A stretch of 23,888 nucleotides of DNA, taken from Octopus sinensis. Lineage: Eukaryota. Under the pieces are notes generated by a model, which saw only the letters and a list, made by a program, of their open reading frames with translations, searched no databases and was not told where the DNA came from. The stretch lies in the NCBI RefSeq assembly GCF_006345805.1, contig NW_021836557.1, positions 1 to 23,888 of the forward strand, written 5' to 3'. The position numbers were made by a program, and so were the translations under genes. Below are positions 21,245-23,888 of the stretch, piece after piece. Position 1 is the stretch's first letter. Each line of letters opens with the position of its first letter.

Positions 21245-21716
21245 GTGTGCATGTATGCATATATATATATGTATATATATATATATGTATATATATATGT
21301 ACTTATATACATATATATAAACATATATATATACATATATATATGTGTATATCTATGTATATATATACATATATATATATATACACATACATATGTGTAT
21401 GTATATATTTATATATATATATATATATATATGTATATAAATATGTGTATGTATATATATGTATGTATATATGTATACATATACATATATATATACACAT
21501 ACATATGTGTATGTATATATTTATATATGTATATATGTATATATATATGTGTGTATATAAATATGTGTGTGTATATATATGTATGTATATATGTATATGT
21601 CTGTATATATGTGTATATATGTATGTATGTATTTTCGTATGTATATATGTATATACAGATACACATATATGTATATATATACCTATATACATATATACAT
21701 ATATATAGATATACAC
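21245..21716. repeat. (TA)/(TG)/(TATG) low-complexity tract
   Basis: Seen directly. Confidence 0.95.
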
Positions 21717-22166
21717 AGGCGCACATACTTCTGTATATTCATAGAAACATACACGATCACACATATTGCGCATGTCACCAAATTCCCATACACGCACTCA
21801 CATAAAAATTGCATGGAGACGCACGCAAAGCATACTGACACCCATATCTTTCTTCCACGTCGCATGAATATATACACCCACGCATTTACTGACGAACAAT
21901 TCATTTTATACATACACACATAGACAAACATACACAACTAGTCGCGAAACACGCACAACCACTCACGAATAGCCTACCACGAAAAACTGTGTTCAAGCAT
22001 TTTGTTTCGTAAACTCGTGTAAGCACGTATATGTATATCATTATTCAGTTTATTTCAAGATTTCTTGCCAAAATAGAAAGAAACGGTTTCTAACCTAGAT
22101 CCAGGGCTTCTTCATTGGAATTTCAACTTCATGTATGTATGTAGACATCGTAGTATATATGTGTGT

Positions 22167-22240
22167 GTCGGCTAAAATTTCAAGGCGGTGCCCTACCATG
22201 GCCGCAGTGTAAAGACTGAAATATGTAAACGAAAAGAGTG
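22167..22240 (+). mobile_element. Type-D tail fragment
   Basis: AAGGCGGTGCCCTACCATGGCCGCAGTGTAAAGACTGAAA aligns with ~2188-2228 and ~5136-5175. Confidence 0.6.
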
Positions 22241-22398
22241 CTTGGAATTTTATTTTAATTCTCTCGCAGGAAGGCCTATGGATTAGTGTTCTGTCTTGCC
22301 TTCGAAACACGCTTGAGTCTACTAGCGACAGCTGATGACGGGGTTTTTTTTCCTTGTGTAGCACGTCCTGTAACTGTTTTCTTGTTTTTCCCGTTTCT

Positions 22399-22458
<60 letters not shown>

Positions 22459-22461
<3 letters not shown>

Positions 22462-22771
22462 GAGGCGTAATGGCCCAGTGGTTAGTGCAGCGTACTAGCG
22501 GTCGTAGGATTGCGGTTTCGATTCCCAGACCGGGCGTTGTAAGTGTTTATTGAGCGAAAACACCAAAAGTCCACGAGGCGCCGGCAGGGCGTGGTGGCGA
22601 TCCCTGCTGTACTCTATCGCCACAACTTTCTCTCACTCTTTCTTCTGTTGGCCTGCTCGCTTAGCCAGCGGGGTGGCGTCATTTGAAGGCTAAAACAGTG
22701 CGAAGCGCGTTGTGACCACCGATGTGTGTAGCAACTTCTGATAACCTGGTCGGTCACGGTGATCACGGTGA
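22459..22771 (+). mobile_element. Full-length SINE head A with tail 2
   Basis: GTGGAGGCGTAATGGCCCAGTGGTTAG...GTTTCGATTCCCAGACCGGGCG...CACAACTTTCTCTCACTCTTTCTT, then a distinct tail ending CACGGTGATCACGGTGAT. Sits between TG and TA microsatellites. Confidence 0.88.
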
Positions 22772-22794
22772 TATATATATATATATATATATAT

Positions 22795-22868
22795 GATTGA
22801 TTGATTGATTGATTCTAGTTTCAGCTCATGAGCTGTGGCCATGCTGGGACACCGCCATTTGGTGTTGC
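22795..22868 (-). mobile_element. LINE/SINE 3'-end fragment related to the type-D tail, with an (AATC)n tail
   Basis: Reverse complement GGCGGTGTCCCAGCATGGCCACAGCTCATGAGCTGAAACTAGAATCAATCAATC. Confidence 0.6.
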
Positions 22869-23571
22869 TATATATATATATACGTGTACGTATGCATATA
22901 TGTTGGAGGTAGCCCAAACATGTACTGCATACAAGAGGATCACTTCACTGTCAAAGATTTAACCACCAATTGTGTATAAACATTTCGGAATTCAGCAATA
23001 AAATATAGGTTATCCTTAAAAAAACAAAAAACAAATGATAAAAGCTTAACAGAATTGTTGGCGAAATTGGATATTTGCATTTGAAGTAAATTACAGAATA
23101 CATTCATTATTGGATACGATCATTCCTTTAATACTTTCCCCATCGAATCCATTTACCTTTTTATAAATATAAACATAGATATTAAAGTGTCGATTGTTTG
23201 TGTCTGCATAATAATGATCAATATACACACACACACAATACATACACACATACATACCTACATACACACAGACATATATATCATATATATTTAATATATA
23301 TATAATATTATATATATAAAATGTTTTGTATATATATATATATGTTGTGTGTGAGTGTATATATGTATATATATATATATACTAGATGAATTTGTAATTT
23401 AAGAAATCTAATATAAATGACGTAAAAGAAAAGATAAAATAGAAAACCAATCTATACAGAGAACAGCAAATCGATGGATATTGAAACAAAGTACTTTTAA
23501 ATTATAGAAAAAAATAAAAGTATATATTTGTAATTTAAGAAGAGCAAATCAATGGTGTGTGTGTATCTAGT

Positions 23572-23602
<31 letters not shown>

Positions 23603-23708
23603 ATATATGTATGTATGTATACATCGACAGTTCACCCGTAGGAAGAATGCTTTCAAATTCTCGATCACTCTCATCACAATTATTACTACACCACTACTAC
23701 AACCGTAA

Positions 23709-23888
23709 GTGAGGCGCAATGGCCCAGTGGTTAGGGCAGCGGACTCGCGGTCGTAGGATCGCGGTTTCGATTCCCAGACAGGAGGGCGTTGTGAGTGTTT
23801 ATTGAGCGCGAAAACACCTAAAGCTCCACGAGCTCCGGCAGGGGATGGTTGGTGATCCCTGCTGTACTCTTTCAGCGCAACTTTCTCT
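23709..23888 (+). mobile_element. SINE head A (cut by the window end)
   Basis: Near-identical to the reverse complement of ~17380-17557. Confidence 0.92.

Noticed and set aside
21245-21937. YI/VC-rich ORFs (also at 1422-2061, 11915-12275, 13915-14390)
   Set aside because: Translations of TA/TG dinucleotide repeats.
22070-22127. Second hammerhead-like motif on the minus strand (CCAATGA...GAAACCG)
   Set aside because: Two core mismatches, weak stems and a single copy in the window. It may be a decayed Penelope-type repeat but cannot be supported here.
22262-22345. GAAGGC...GCCTTC-GAAAC hairpin with downstream CTGATGA
   Set aside because: The elements do not assemble into a hammerhead topology.
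23709-23790. tRNA gene (tRNA-Arg-like)
   Set aside because: It has A and B boxes but no proper acceptor stem and continues into the multicopy SINE body, so it is a SINE head.

Overview
AT-rich, repeat-dense eukaryotic non-coding DNA (intron or intergenic). The repeat families look like those of an octopus (cephalopod) genome; this is recognition from memory, not a database result. I found no supportable host protein-coding exon. Nearly all ORF-track entries are translations of microsatellites or chance frames in repeats. The window holds long di- and trinucleotide microsatellites and at least four tRNA-head SINE types, which I label A, B, D and E. It also holds two mariner transposon relics, two 3' fragments of restriction-like-endonuclease (R4/Dong-type) LINEs, and two ~96% identical inverted copies of a Penelope-like terminal repeat carrying a minimal hammerhead-ribozyme-like motif. 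The most notable observations are (i) head/tail module swapping among the SINEs, with one head on up to four tails and one tail on two heads, (ii) the variant hammerhead motif, (iii) a 53-bp fold-back hairpin inside a SINE, and (iv) nested insertions whose relative order can be read from target-site duplications (TSDs).
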